From NCBI GenBank assembly GCA_003427395.1, contig BFEA01000042.1, positions 899,328 through 954,889 of the forward strand: 55,562 nucleotides of DNA, given 5' to 3'. Below, in pieces: positions 1 through 10,898 of this stretch. The DNA comes from Chara braunii (taxonomy: Eukaryota > Plantae > Charophyceae). Numbering within the stretch: position 1 is the stretch's first letter; every line of letters begins with the position of its first letter. Under the pieces are notes generated by a model that was not told where the DNA came from, made no database searches, and saw only the letters and a list, made by a program, of their open reading frames with translations. The position numbers were made by a program, and so were the translations under genes.

Positions 1-59
1 AAAAAAAAAAAAAAAAAAAAAGCCGAAATTGCACATCAGAGTTAAATGACCAAAAAGAT

Positions 60-168
60 GTCCTTCGGGACATCCGTTAAAATTGGAACGATACAGAGAA
101 AGATAGATTAGCAAATGGCCCCTGCGCAAGGATGACACGCAAAAATCGAGAAATAGTCCGAATTTTTT
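60..168 (+). pseudogene. U6: Full-length U6 snRNA retrocopy with A-rich tail and target-site duplication
   Basis: GTCCTTCGGGACATCCGTTAAAATTGGAACGATACAGAGAAG...CCCCTGCGCAAGGATGACACGC...TCGAGAAATAGTCCGAATTTTTT matches plant U6, with small insertions in the AGATTAGCATGG region. A-rich tail at 172-204. Flanking repeats taaatgaccaaaaag (43-57) and taaatggccaaaaag (205-219). Confidence 0.9.
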
Positions 169-697
169 GGGGAAAAACAAATAAATAGTAAATAAATAAT
201 TTAATAAATGGCCAAAAAGGTATTTAATTAATGTTACGCAAAAGTTGCTGTCAGGAATCCAATCATGTAAATGTGAGGGCATCTACTCACATTAGGACTT
301 CATTTTCGACTCAGCTCTGGACGTAATGGCCGTCAGATACATCCAGAGTCGGACGTATTGGCCGTCAGATACATTCAAGGGAAAAAGTCCTCACGTGAAT
401 ATGGTCTGATTAACAATTCTGTTCAACTCCATTTGCATACCCGTCACAACTGATTAAATTGGAAATATCCAATTGTAATTTTATTTTTTTTCCCAGAAAG
501 AAAAATAAAGAGGGAGGGAAACGGAAAGAGGGGCAGTTGATTTATAATTAAATTTTAAAAATAAATAAATCAAACAGAAAAAGAGAAGCAGGATATTTAC
601 TGTAATTTACCCCCTTCTTTTTTTTTCTTTTTTTTTTTTGAGTTGTCTGCACGTTTTGCCCCGAACTAAAGGGAACGATTTTTTTACGCAACCCGTC

Positions 698-900
698 TTT
701 CCCCGAATACAACGCACCCCTCGTCATGACTTGACTTCACCGGACCGGAGACGTAGCTTGTATTCATTCACCACCACTACCTTCTTCCCCCGAATACAAC
801 GTACGTACGGTCATTATTATAGCTGTATCTAGACTGGAAGATACCCCGAATACATACAACAACTCTAATGACCGTGAGAACGTTGTATTCGGGGGAAGAA
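698..900. repeat. Short element with repeated CCCCGAATACA motifs and one inverted copy (MITE-like subterminal repeats)
   Basis: ccccgaataca(acg) at ~701, ~787 and ~844; reverse complement cgttgtattcgggg at ~881. Confidence 0.4.
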
Positions 901-1106
901 GAATGTAGGACGCGAGAACAGGGCAGGTAGGTACGCAGGAAAGAAAAGCCCAAAGATAGACTATTTTAAAATAGCCAGCAAACAAGGTGGCCCTTGCACG
1001 GCCAGGCCGCCCGGGCAAACAAGGTGACCCGGTTCTGCGTGTCATCCAGGAAAGAAAAGGCCTACCATCATTACCGCATCGTCATCACCACGATCTGTCA
1101 TAACGA

Positions 1107-1148
1107 GCAAGGGATGACACGCATAAATCGAGAAATGGTCCAATTTTT
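1107..1148 (+). pseudogene. U6: 5'-truncated U6 snRNA 3' fragment
   Basis: GCAAGGGATGACACGCATAAATCGAGAAATGGTCCAATTTTT is the U6 3' end, followed by a T/A-rich tail. Confidence 0.85.
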
Positions 1149-1224
1149 ATTTTTTTGTTCAAAAAAAAAGAAAAGGAACTAGCCTAATAATAACATGGCC
1201 ACAAGAAACAATCATACAACCAAC

Positions 1225-1256
<32 letters not shown>

Positions 1257-1371
1257 AAATCCATCACTCAAACAATCAATGAATCGCACCAAATCAATCC
1301 AATCGAATCAATCAATAAAATCAGTGAGCATCATCATGACGAAGGCAAAAGCGTAATCTCTACACATGACC

Positions 1372-1373
<2 letters not shown>

Positions 1374-1444
<71 letters not shown>

Positions 1445-1819
1445 CTCGCGCGCGCGTGCTCATAAAAAACAGTAATTAGTAGTAGAAGATCCCGACCCCG
1501 TTCACGCAGTCATGAACGGTATCGCCGTCACTGTCCCTCTATAGTCAGATATCCAATCATCACTAATCACCATCTGATCAAACCCTTATCATCACCTAAT
1601 CATCTTCATCATCATCACCTAATCATCATCTTTATCATCATCATCGTTATCACAAGGTATGTAAAACCCTAACCCTAACCATCATCGTCATTCATTACCC
1701 ATCATCATCATCATCATCATCGCTCATCGGTGACCTTCACAATTATTACTTCACGGATAACCCATCATCGCCACCTTAACGATACATCACGACTAACTAA
1801 CCTTAACAATTCACTTTAC

Positions 1820-1852
<33 letters not shown>
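1374..1852. repeat. (CT)n microsatellite (1374-1440) and degenerate (CAT)n tract
   Basis: Directly visible simple repeats. Confidence 0.9.
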
Positions 1853-2025
1853 GACCGTTCATTCTCTAGTCAATGAGTGCTTCCATCATGCCAGCCAGCA
1901 ATTACCCATATCTATCATAATAGACTAATCAATGCCTTTGGGCGTCGCTCCACTACTCGACAGTCTACGCGTAGTAAGACTGCAATAAGGACTAGATTCA
2001 TTCGGACCGATCCACCATCTCGACT

Positions 2026-2469
2026 CGGCGCGCTTCACCCTCAGCTCAGCTTCGCCGGCAACGCCCTGAGAAGCTGACGAGAGCGACTCAGTGCCCGAGA
2101 TTTTTAGGGCGCTGGTGCCTTCGTCTACACCAGTCTTCTTTCTCCTTTCTTTTTCTTTCTTCTTCTTCTACTTATTCTTCTTCTTCTCCTCCTTCTCATC
2201 GTCATATTCCCGCCTGTCGACCTGCTGTGGCTTTGGAATCGAAACTTATGTCTTCGAGTGTCATTGACGTCAACAAGTACTACACACACAACTCTCACAT
2301 GCGCCCAGTGGGATGGACGGAGGAGATATGCCAAAGGTAAAGCAAGCGAGCGACCGAGCGCGCGCGCGCGCACGCGCGCGCGAGAGAGAGAGAGGGAGGG
2401 GGGGGCGGGAGAGAATGAGAGAGAAGGGCGCTCGAACGGGGGGAGAGAGAGAAGGGCGCTCCGACGGGA

Positions 2470-2514
<45 letters not shown>

Positions 2515-2762
2515 GCGCTCGACTGGGGGGGGAGGGAGAGAGAGAGAGAGAGAAGGGCGCTCCGACGGAAGAGAGAGAGAGAGAGAGAACAGGAATGAAA
2601 AACGAAGGAATGTCATAGTACGCCGAGTCTCTGACCTGCTGCTTGCCGCTGCCCTCGGCTCGGCGCGCTTCAACCCTCAGCTTCGCTGGCAACGTCCTGA
2701 GAAGCAGACGAGCGCGACTGTGTGCCCGAGATTTAGGGCACTGTTTATGGGTGCCTTGCGCG
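2026..2762. repeat. ~100 bp imperfect direct repeats (2026-2124, 2661-2762) flanking a GA-rich tract with four GAAGGGCGCTC motifs
   Basis: ggcgcgcttca..ccctcagcttcgc.ggcaacg.cctgagaagc.gacgag.gcgact..gtgcccgagattt occurs twice. The ORFs here are low-complexity artefacts. Confidence 0.75.
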
Positions 2763-2938
2763 TGGCAGGGGAGGCCGGAGAGTAGGGTTGAAGATGGGTG
2801 GGTAAAGAGAAAAGAGGGGGAGGGCGGGGAGAAATGGAAAAGAGCAAACGACTGATTTGCAGACAGTCCACGTCAACAAGTCGGGACACATCAAGCGCCT
2901 CTAATTAAAAAAGGGTAAAAACGAAGAGAAGAAAAACG

Positions 2939-3061
2939 GGGCCTCGCTCCACTACTCTCCAAATGTGCAAAATGAGAATGAATCTTCCCCTAGATCATGC
3001 GTAGATACACCGCCATTTCTTTTTTTGGTCGTTTGTGCATGTGTAGAGTAGAGAGAGGCCC
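2939..3061 (+). mobile_element. ~120 bp hairpin MITE-like element, family A
   Basis: The ends gggcctcgctccactactctc and agagtagagagaggccc are imperfect inverted repeats. The whole unit aligns with the reverse complement of 43951-44070. Confidence 0.7.
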
Positions 3062-3100
3062 ACAAACGGGGAAAAAAAGGGTAAAAGGGTAAAAGCAAGT

Positions 3101-3469
3101 GGCAAAGTTTTTCAAATGCCCCTCCGACTTCCGTTTATTTGCGGTATGCGCCTCTGACGGCCGACTTACCCGTGACAACGATTGAAGTTTCTGAAAAGCC
3201 CCTGGTGTCGTTTGGGCCTGAAATATGTCCAATATGCCCCTACTAGTACTGGTTCCAAATTTCCAGTATGGCCCAGTAGCTCCCCTCCCAGGGCCAGGGG
3301 AACGGCCGCGAGTGCCACCAACGGCCACAGGGGCATCCTGGAAAGTTGCAACCCTCACTGACAGGGGCCTGCAGGAAACTTCAGAGGCCCCAGGGGCACG
3401 ACAGGGTCGGCCGTCGGTGGGGCATACCACATATAAATGGAAGTCGGAGGGGCACTTCAAAAAGTGTCC
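3101..3469. mobile_element. MITE with ~60 bp terminal inverted repeats
   Basis: 3108-3165 (tttttcaaatgcccctccgacttccgtttatttgcggtatgc...gacggccgac) is the near reverse complement of 3406-3463. No convincing TSD. Confidence 0.8.
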
Positions 3470-4135
3470 ATAAACAAAAAAAAAGGAGATGAGGCAGTGC
3501 TCTTACACCGTTGACCTTCCACTGTTTTCCTTTTTTTTTTTTTTTTTGAAAAAAAAAAGGGGCCTTAAAAAAAAAAAAAAAAAAAAAAAAAAGAACAGGT
3601 GCATCTGCCCAGAGGAGGTGGCAAGATCCAGATGCATCCGGTACTATTAATCGTAGCTGATGAACTTTTCCAGTTTCTCCGATAGATGCACTCATGTTTT
3701 TGTTTTTGTTTTTTTTCCGTATTCATATAGCCGGGAAACGGGCTCGGTGTCCCTTACATCATTTGCTGCGGCCAAACGGGCTAAGCAAGGCACTCCTGGC
3801 CAAACCTATCCCCACCGCAGCCCCACCAATCGTAATACCACTAACCTTCAAACCAACAAATCAGATTACCATCCCCCAATACCTAGTTAGTATCTACTAA
3901 TTGCTACACCATCTCTGTTTTCGTTTTCCAATATTCCAATTAGCATCCCACAATCAGTGGATTGTCACCAGCAATTCCAAGCACCAACTACTATCTGAAT
4001 TCGTCAATTGCTCTATCTCTATCTACCTACGTATCTACTTTCTAAGTCTTCATCAGTGTCGTGACACTGATGAAGAACTTCCCTAAAAACTGTTATCCTA
4101 ATACGGATGAACACTCCGAACCTTAAAACAAAAGG

Positions 4136-5676
4136 ACAACACAACACAAATTATAAGAAAGCGATCAAACGACACCAAACCCTAGCTATCATGCTAACAC
4201 TGATTAATATGAACAACACAACACAAGCAACCATAAAAGGTTACAAAACGACATCAAACCCTAGATACCAACCCCAATATAAGCAAGTAAAAGTGCAATC
4301 AACATTCTGTTGGAAAATTCACGGACAACTTGAATACCCTGCGTCTCATCACGCCCGAGGAAGGAACATTAGCAACCATGGACAACCCTGATCGCGGCTT
4401 GAAGCCCGTTGTCATCGACGGTGGGCGATACCGGTTACAGTATGGAGTCCGTTGTCTTTCTCCCGGAAGTCGACGTTTGATAGATGCACTCGTGTCCTCA
4501 TCTCCAACTTCTCGCCCATAAAAGTTGCAACAGCACCGGCAAGTCAACCATGTTCCGCATCTATAATCAGAGGGCAAAGCCCCTGACCAGGTGATAATAC
4601 TGATATGCACGACGCGCAGATCTTGCCCGCTGACCGACCCCACATCTCCCCCTTCCTTCCTCGGTCAAACAAGGATTACCGACTGTCGTCGGCCAAGACC
4701 AGTCATGGCAGGTGCATGGTTATGCCCCCTTGAAGCGGTGTCCACCTCAGCGCCCACGCGCTCTATCGCCTCTTCGCTCCCACCATTCCCAACAGCAAGC
4801 TCTGGCTAGGCGCAGCCAATCTCACTACCCCTGTGCGATCCCCCGCTGCCTGCGGGTCGCAGTGACGGTACGTTAGCGCAGCGTTACCGCTGCGCTAATG
4901 CACGTCCCCCCTTCGTGCGCCAACTGAATCTCTACTTCTAACAACACAGCACAAATTATAAGAAAGCGATCAAACGACACTAAACCCTAACTATCATGCT
5001 AACACTGATTCATATGAACAACACAACACAAGCAACCATAAAAGGTTACAAAATGACATCAAACCCTAGATACCAACCCCAATATAAGCCAGTAAAATTG
5101 CAATCAATATTCTCTCATAAAATTCACGGACAATACCCTGAGTCTCATCACGCCCGAAGAAGGAACATCAGCAACCATGGACAACCCTGATCGTGGCTTG
5201 AAGCCCGTTGTCATCGACGGTGGGCGATACTAGTTACAGTATGGAGTCCGTTGTCTTTCTCTCGGAAGTCGACGTTTGATAGATGCACTCGTGTCCTCAT
5301 CTCCAGCTTCACGCCCAGAAAAGTTGCAACAGCACCGACAAGTCAACCATGTTTTGTATCTGCAATCAAAGGGCAAAGCTCCTGACTAGGTGATAATACT
5401 GATATGCATGACGCGCAGATCCTGCCCGCTGACCGACCCCACATCTCCCCCTTCCTTCCTCCGTCAAACAAGGATTACCGATTGTCGTCGGCCAAGACCG
5501 TCATGGCAGGTGCATGGTTATGCCCCCTTGAAGCGGTGTCCACCTCAGCGCCCACGCGCTCTATCGCCTCTCCGCTCCCACCTTCCCAATAGCAAGCTCT
5601 AGCTAGGCGCAGCCAATCTCACTACCCCTGTGCGATCCCCCGCTGCCTGCGCGTCACAGTGACGATGCGTTACCGC
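4136..5676. repeat. Two ~750 bp tandem direct repeats (4136-4890 and 4941-5676), non-coding
   Basis: Both start acaacac..cacaaattataagaaagcgatcaaacgacac and end gcgttaccgc, with high identity throughout. The ORF track shows duplicated peptides. Confidence 0.9.
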
Positions 5677-5862
5677 TTTCACCTTTCACTATCTACTTTT
5701 TTTTTTTTTAATTTAGACTATTTCTTTTTTTATTTATTTATTAATTTTCTTTCCTTTTTTTTTCTTTTTTTATTTATTTATCTATTTATTTATTTATTTA
5801 CTTATTTATTATTATTTTTATTATTATTTTTTTAATTTATTTATTATTATTATTATTATTAT

Positions 5863-6568
5863 CAGGGTTGCCAGGCCGAACGTACGGAGGCCCCTAAGCT
5901 GACCCCCGAACGTTCGGGCGTTCGGGTCCCCGTACGGGGCCCGAACTCAAAGGGGTTCGGACCCCGCAAAAAAATATTTTGGTACCTAAAACTTATTATT
6001 TTTTTCTGATTTTTGTTTTGACGAGTTCTCTGTTATGTAAGCTATCTGTCCCTCAATTTTGAAGTCATTCTGTGGAGCCAAGCAATTATGAAAAATCGGC
6101 AAAGATGGTAGTATCAAAACTTGCTTTCCCACTTACTAATTTGTTTTTTTTTTCTTTTCAGTTTTTGTTTTCCCTTTATTTCGGGGCCTGAAAAAAATTA
6201 TTATTTTTTCAAACTTTATTGGTAGGTTCTCTATTATGTAAGATACAAATGCATAAAATTTCATGTCATTTGACAGAGTCAAAAAAAATTAAAAAATCGC
6301 CAAAGATGGCGGTGTCAAAAACTTGCTCGCCCACGCAATAATTTCATTCTCGTTTTATTTTTTCTTATTTTCATTAATATTATTTATTTTTTGTATTTAA
6401 TTTTTATTTCAAATTTGGTAAGTAATTTGGATTTACTGTTGAGGCAAATGTTGTTTAGTTTATTCTTCTGCATGATATATGTTTTTTTCAGAATTTTTGG
6501 AAACCTTGTTTGTTTTTTGTTTTTTTTTTTTTTTTTNNNNNNNNNNNNNNNNNNNNNNNNNNTGACAT

Positions 6569-6611
<43 letters not shown>

Positions 6612-6711
6612 TTCCGCGTTCGACCGAACGTCGGAACGCGTCGAGAGGGGTCCCAAATGTTTGGGCGTTCGGGTTCGGGTGTTCGGCCCGTCCCAAAAGC
6701 CGGCAACCCTG
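5863..6711. mobile_element. Non-autonomous hAT-like DNA transposon
   Basis: TIR CAGGGTTGCC (5863) / GGCAACCCTG (6711). 8 bp attattat on both sides, although it lies in an (ATT)n tract. Subterminal CCGAAC/GTTCGG motifs at both ends. Contains a short N gap. Confidence 0.75.
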
Positions 6712-6746
6712 ATTATTATTATTATTATTATTTTTTTTTTTTTTTT

Positions 6747-6808
6747 GATTTATGTGTGTCATCCTTGCGCAGGGGCCATAATCTTCTCTGTATCGTTCCA
6801 ATTTTAAC
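6747..6808 (-). pseudogene. U6: Internal U6 snRNA fragment with poly(A)/(TAA)n tail
   Basis: Reverse strand reads GTTAAAATTGGAACGATACAGAGAAGATTATGGCCCCTGCGCAAGGATGACACACATAAATC, then A16. Confidence 0.9.
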
Positions 6809-7662
6809 CCATAAGCTGAAATACATGCCAAAATGCCCCTGAAACACGAAGGTAGAGCGGAATGCCCGTTTGGCCCAACATCTTTGTGTTATGCCCCTGT
6901 GAGGCAGGTGTGCAAATTTGCAATCTAGACCTCTCAAACTTTTGGGTTTTGATCTTTTGCAATCGGGCTTAAAAGAAGTTATTGATAGGTGAGTAAACAT
7001 CATCTCATATGCAAAAAATCATCACGAATTTCACTGAAGCAAAACACATGTTTCACTGAAGCAAAATTTGCATAGAAATCCACACATGACAATGTTTCTC
7101 AGTACACAACTTGAAGGTACTCGTGATTGCAATGCGCCGGCGAGTAAAGGCTACCCCTGCAATGCGTCGGCGGGTAATGGCTACCCCGACCGGTTTCGAC
7201 CGCCGCCAACGCGGTCATCCTCAGGGGATTCCACCTCACATCTCCCTCGTCATTTCCCACGTTCCACCAACCCACCACCGCTGCTGTCCGCTGACCATCT
7301 CCGGAGACACGCAGCGGTCCGACAGCGTAGGACTCGGAAAAGGACACAGGCTCACGCAATCATTGTTGATATAGTTATCCGTATTCGTACGCCTACTACT
7401 TGTTCAAAGTCTAAAACAGTCTCACAACTTCTACTTGCCCGAAGCCTCAATTCGCGACATTTCGTAAGTAACATGTTCGAGTCCCAACTGGCATAGCACG
7501 CAGTATCACAGTCCTGCCTATCCTCGTTGGTTTGAGGCCCAAACCGACCTCTCACTCCCGACGGTACTCGAAAACGCCAGTATGAATACCTCCAAACTGT
7601 TATAAATCAAAACACTGGACTCTACTCCACAGGTTGTCGGTTTGAGGCTCAGCTCGACTGTC

Positions 7663-7815
7663 TGGTACTACTAGATACCAAACACCAAACAGCAAACGAG
7701 CAGCACATGTACACCATCTACAACATTACCCTGTCACAGCATGGTACTACTAGATACCAAACACCAAACAACAAACGAGCACCACATGTACAACATCCAC
7801 AACATTACCCTGTCA
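7663..7815. repeat. Two ~78 bp tandem units downstream of the Penelope-like ORF
   Basis: tggtactactagataccaaacaccaaaca.caaacgagca.cacatgtaca.catc.acaacattaccctgtca occurs twice. Confidence 0.85.
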
Positions 7816-8037
7816 TAGCATTCTACACAGCTCCAAAAGTAAAACGACTTACAAACGCAGAACAAAACAAAATACAGAACAAAATGCAGACCTGCCCAAC
7901 CCTTTCCCTATATCTTACTAACTATAGTAAACACCCAAACGTGAAAGCATCATTTACAGGCTAAATGATCCCATCTCCTGGTCGAACAACTCACAGCAAA
8001 TCGATTACACAGAAGACATGTCAATACATCATGTCAC

Positions 8038-10884
8038 TTAGTCAAACAACCATATGCAAATCGATTCCCACATCCGATTTTTTCCCTTCGGAAATCTTCG
8101 CAGAACTCTTTCAAAGAAGTTCTTTGGACACTTCTTAATGCGGGGTTCTCTCTTAATGGTGAGCACTTGCATTGGAATTTCCTCCCGTATTGTTGTATTT
8201 CTGTCGATACGGTGCAAGTAACTAGCTATCACTGCACTCTTCTGCTGCTTGCTCCCCCAAGAGTTATAGTCTTGTCCATTCTTAAATTCGAGCTTCTCGT
8301 TGCCCCACATACCCTCCTCGTTCTTGGATAGCTGGACACTGCCAATGTATGGAAAATGCTTGCTAATCCTCATCTCCATCTTCAAAAACTTCCACGAATT
8401 TCCGTTGTCGTCAGTTCTTTTAATCTTTAAGTTCTTCGGGAAACACTTCTCGAAGGAAACCTTGATCCTTTCCACATCTTCGTCATTGTCACTTTGTGAC
8501 AGGACGATCAGACTCACATCATCCATGAGTCTAAGCCCGAAGATATCCCAACGAAGGTTTCCCATGCTGCTCAGGAACTTGTACTCTGCGTAGGCACACA
8601 TAATGCACGCCAGAGGTGGGCTAGTTCCTTTACCCATTGGGATTCCCACAACTTGTCTAAGTAATACTCCATTCGCTCTTGTATACGTGTGCTTAAGCTC
8701 GAATTTCACGAACTCCACGATCTGTGTCAAATCGATCTCCTTCCAATGATCATCTCCGGTTGTGTGTCCATAGCTGCTTCCCTTGCCCCTTGGATAAACT
8801 CTCACATACTTCCTGCCTTTACTCACGTGGTAGTCCACTAACCACTCCACTGACTTAACGATCTCCTTGTGAGGTAGTCTGTTGAACATGTTTTTCATGT
8901 CGTATGACCTCGAGAGAAGTTTGCAACCTCTTTTCATACGGCGCTGCAGTCTGCGGTTGAAAACGTCAATCTTCGATGCTACCGTTGAGACAGATCTCAG
9001 ATTGAAGTGCCAGTCGCTTGGCAGGGTGAACAACATGTGATTCAGCGCTCTTGACATATTCTTCCCCGTCTTGATAGTCGACTCTGAATATGTTGGGCAG
9101 ATTGGATGAAATCTGCTCAAATCTTTATGCTTTGGTAGCACGTAGGCATCTCCGAAGTCACCCTGCCCGTCCCATTTGACACTTAGTTGTAGGTTGCGTA
9201 GCTTGATCTCTGCTTTCATCTGCGTCTTGACCACCTCCTCAGTTCTTCAAGTTGTTTCAACCACGTATCCTTCACTCCTCACAAACATATCCAACATAGC
9301 TTCAAAGTACACCTTAGGACACATCATCAGACTTTCTCCTATGTTTCTGTCTAACGGTATTACCACCAGCCCTTTCAGCTTTACTTTCACCTGTTCCACT
9401 TCCCGCGTCGTCAAGTACTTGGTCCGCTCCGTTCGAAGGCCGGTCAAACACTTGTTAACCTCACACACTTCGACAACAGTCTTCTAGTCTCTGCTGTTAA
9501 CCCATCCTTCAAAAGCCGTGCCGATCTCTTCGCACAACATCTGACTCATGTCTTGATAGTCGGATGTTGGAATGTTGTTCGTGTTGCAGATCATTAGGTG
9601 AATACCCGCCAACTCCTGTAGTCGGAACTGCACGTGTTCTCCTATCCTTGGATAGGGAAGACCTGCGCAACAGCAGGTCTGCATTTCAGCTTTAGCGAAA
9701 CGTCGCTGATTCTGCAGCATGCTCGAGACTGACGAGTTATCAACCCATACCGTTCGAACAGTATTACGTGCTTCCTTCTTCACACAGACTGGTAGATCTA
9801 ATCCCTCGATCTTGTCGTTCACCACCTTCCTAACCTCGGCTAACTTCATCCGATCGTCAAACTTAAGACGTACGGTCAAACACGAATTAGCATGCCAACC
9901 GTACTCGACCTTGATTATCCTCACGATAATCCTTCGTAGATAGGCTGTAGTAGATTTCTTCTGAAAATCCTTCGCGGCGTCTTTCAACCTCATCAGTTCT
10001 TTCAGACTTCGCCCTCTTAGACACTCCACTCGACCCGGGTTCCGTAGTATCGACACAAGAAAAGACTTGTCTGGTCCGATCTTCGGCTTCCATCGTCTCA
10101 GATAACACACCTCCACTTCTCCTCCCGTTTCAAAAACTTGTTTACATGCAGATAGTTTTTCCCGTTTCCCATTCGCCTTCACCACGGTAAGCCCAAATGC
10201 CTTGCGTATCGATTTCCAACCCCCGCTCCATTGATTTCCTCCACTGAGGTAAAGATGAAAACATCTGTGATCTTTCTCCTCCTTATCTTGAAGAAAACGG
10301 AAAACGTCAAAGTTCCAGTCATCCGTCTCATTGCTACGGATACACATAGGTATAACCTTCTTCGACTCACAATGATCACGTTGTATAGCTTTATGCCTCG
10401 TTTGTTCACCTTTCCCTTTTCTCTTACGCCCTCCGTTTTTTTTCTTCTTCTTCGACACCCTCCCACTCATGTTCAAGACCGGACTCCAGTGTTGAATGAA
10501 CATCGTTTCCAGGAGTACCAGGTCTTACGCAAAACAGGAATCGACTGGAATTAGAACGTACGATTCAACCCCAAATGCTCTCCACCATCGGTATAGGTGA
10601 TTATTCTTCTCTCCTCGATTATAGACTGACACATGTTCCCTCCATCGCACACGCGTGTCCCGACCAGTTTTGCCTACGTATTGCGCTCGACAAAATGGTG
10701 ATGTCAGCACATACACGCACCCCGTAATATTATTGAAAATGTCGACGCCCCCTAACTCACACAGGCTAATCCAGGAATCTACGCATTTCTCCAGCCATCT
10801 AATCTGTCCTCGTAGAGCTAGCATCATCACGACGATGCGATAGATGACATCCAAGTCCGAGTTCGACTTACCCTCCCTTCGCAT
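8038..10884 (-). mobile_element. Penelope-like element ORF (GIY-YIG endonuclease, then Cys/His linker, then reverse transcriptase), pseudogenised by three in-frame stops
   Basis: Four ORF-track pieces (10884-10525, 10503-9484, 9468-9247, 9234-8038) share one frame. GIY-YIG: CVYVLTSPFCRAQYVGKTGR..R.REH..LY..E..I..LN. Linker: CCC..GEH. PLE RT motifs: YVLPKHKD, SYDMKNMF, RQVVGIPMG..SPPLA, RLMDD. N-terminal GIY-YIG is the Naiad/Chlamys-type domain order. Confidence 0.88.
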
Positions 10885-10898
10885 AGAGACAACCCATC

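Noticed and set aside
60-168. Functional U6 gene
   Set aside because: Insertions disrupt the AGATTAGCATGG core, there is no recognisable upstream promoter, and a TSD plus A-tail indicate retroposition. The same reasoning applies to 50349-50449.
2125-2785. Long RE/SL-repeat ORFs (also 19177-20279, 41964-42566, 43091-43586)
   Set aside because: These are translations of (GA)n microsatellites, N gaps or adapter sequence.
9247-10527. In-frame stops in the PLE ORF as programmed readthrough or selenocysteine recoding
   Set aside because: The three stops are TAA, TAG and TGA, not all TGA, and not at Cys-like positions. They fit ordinary point decay.
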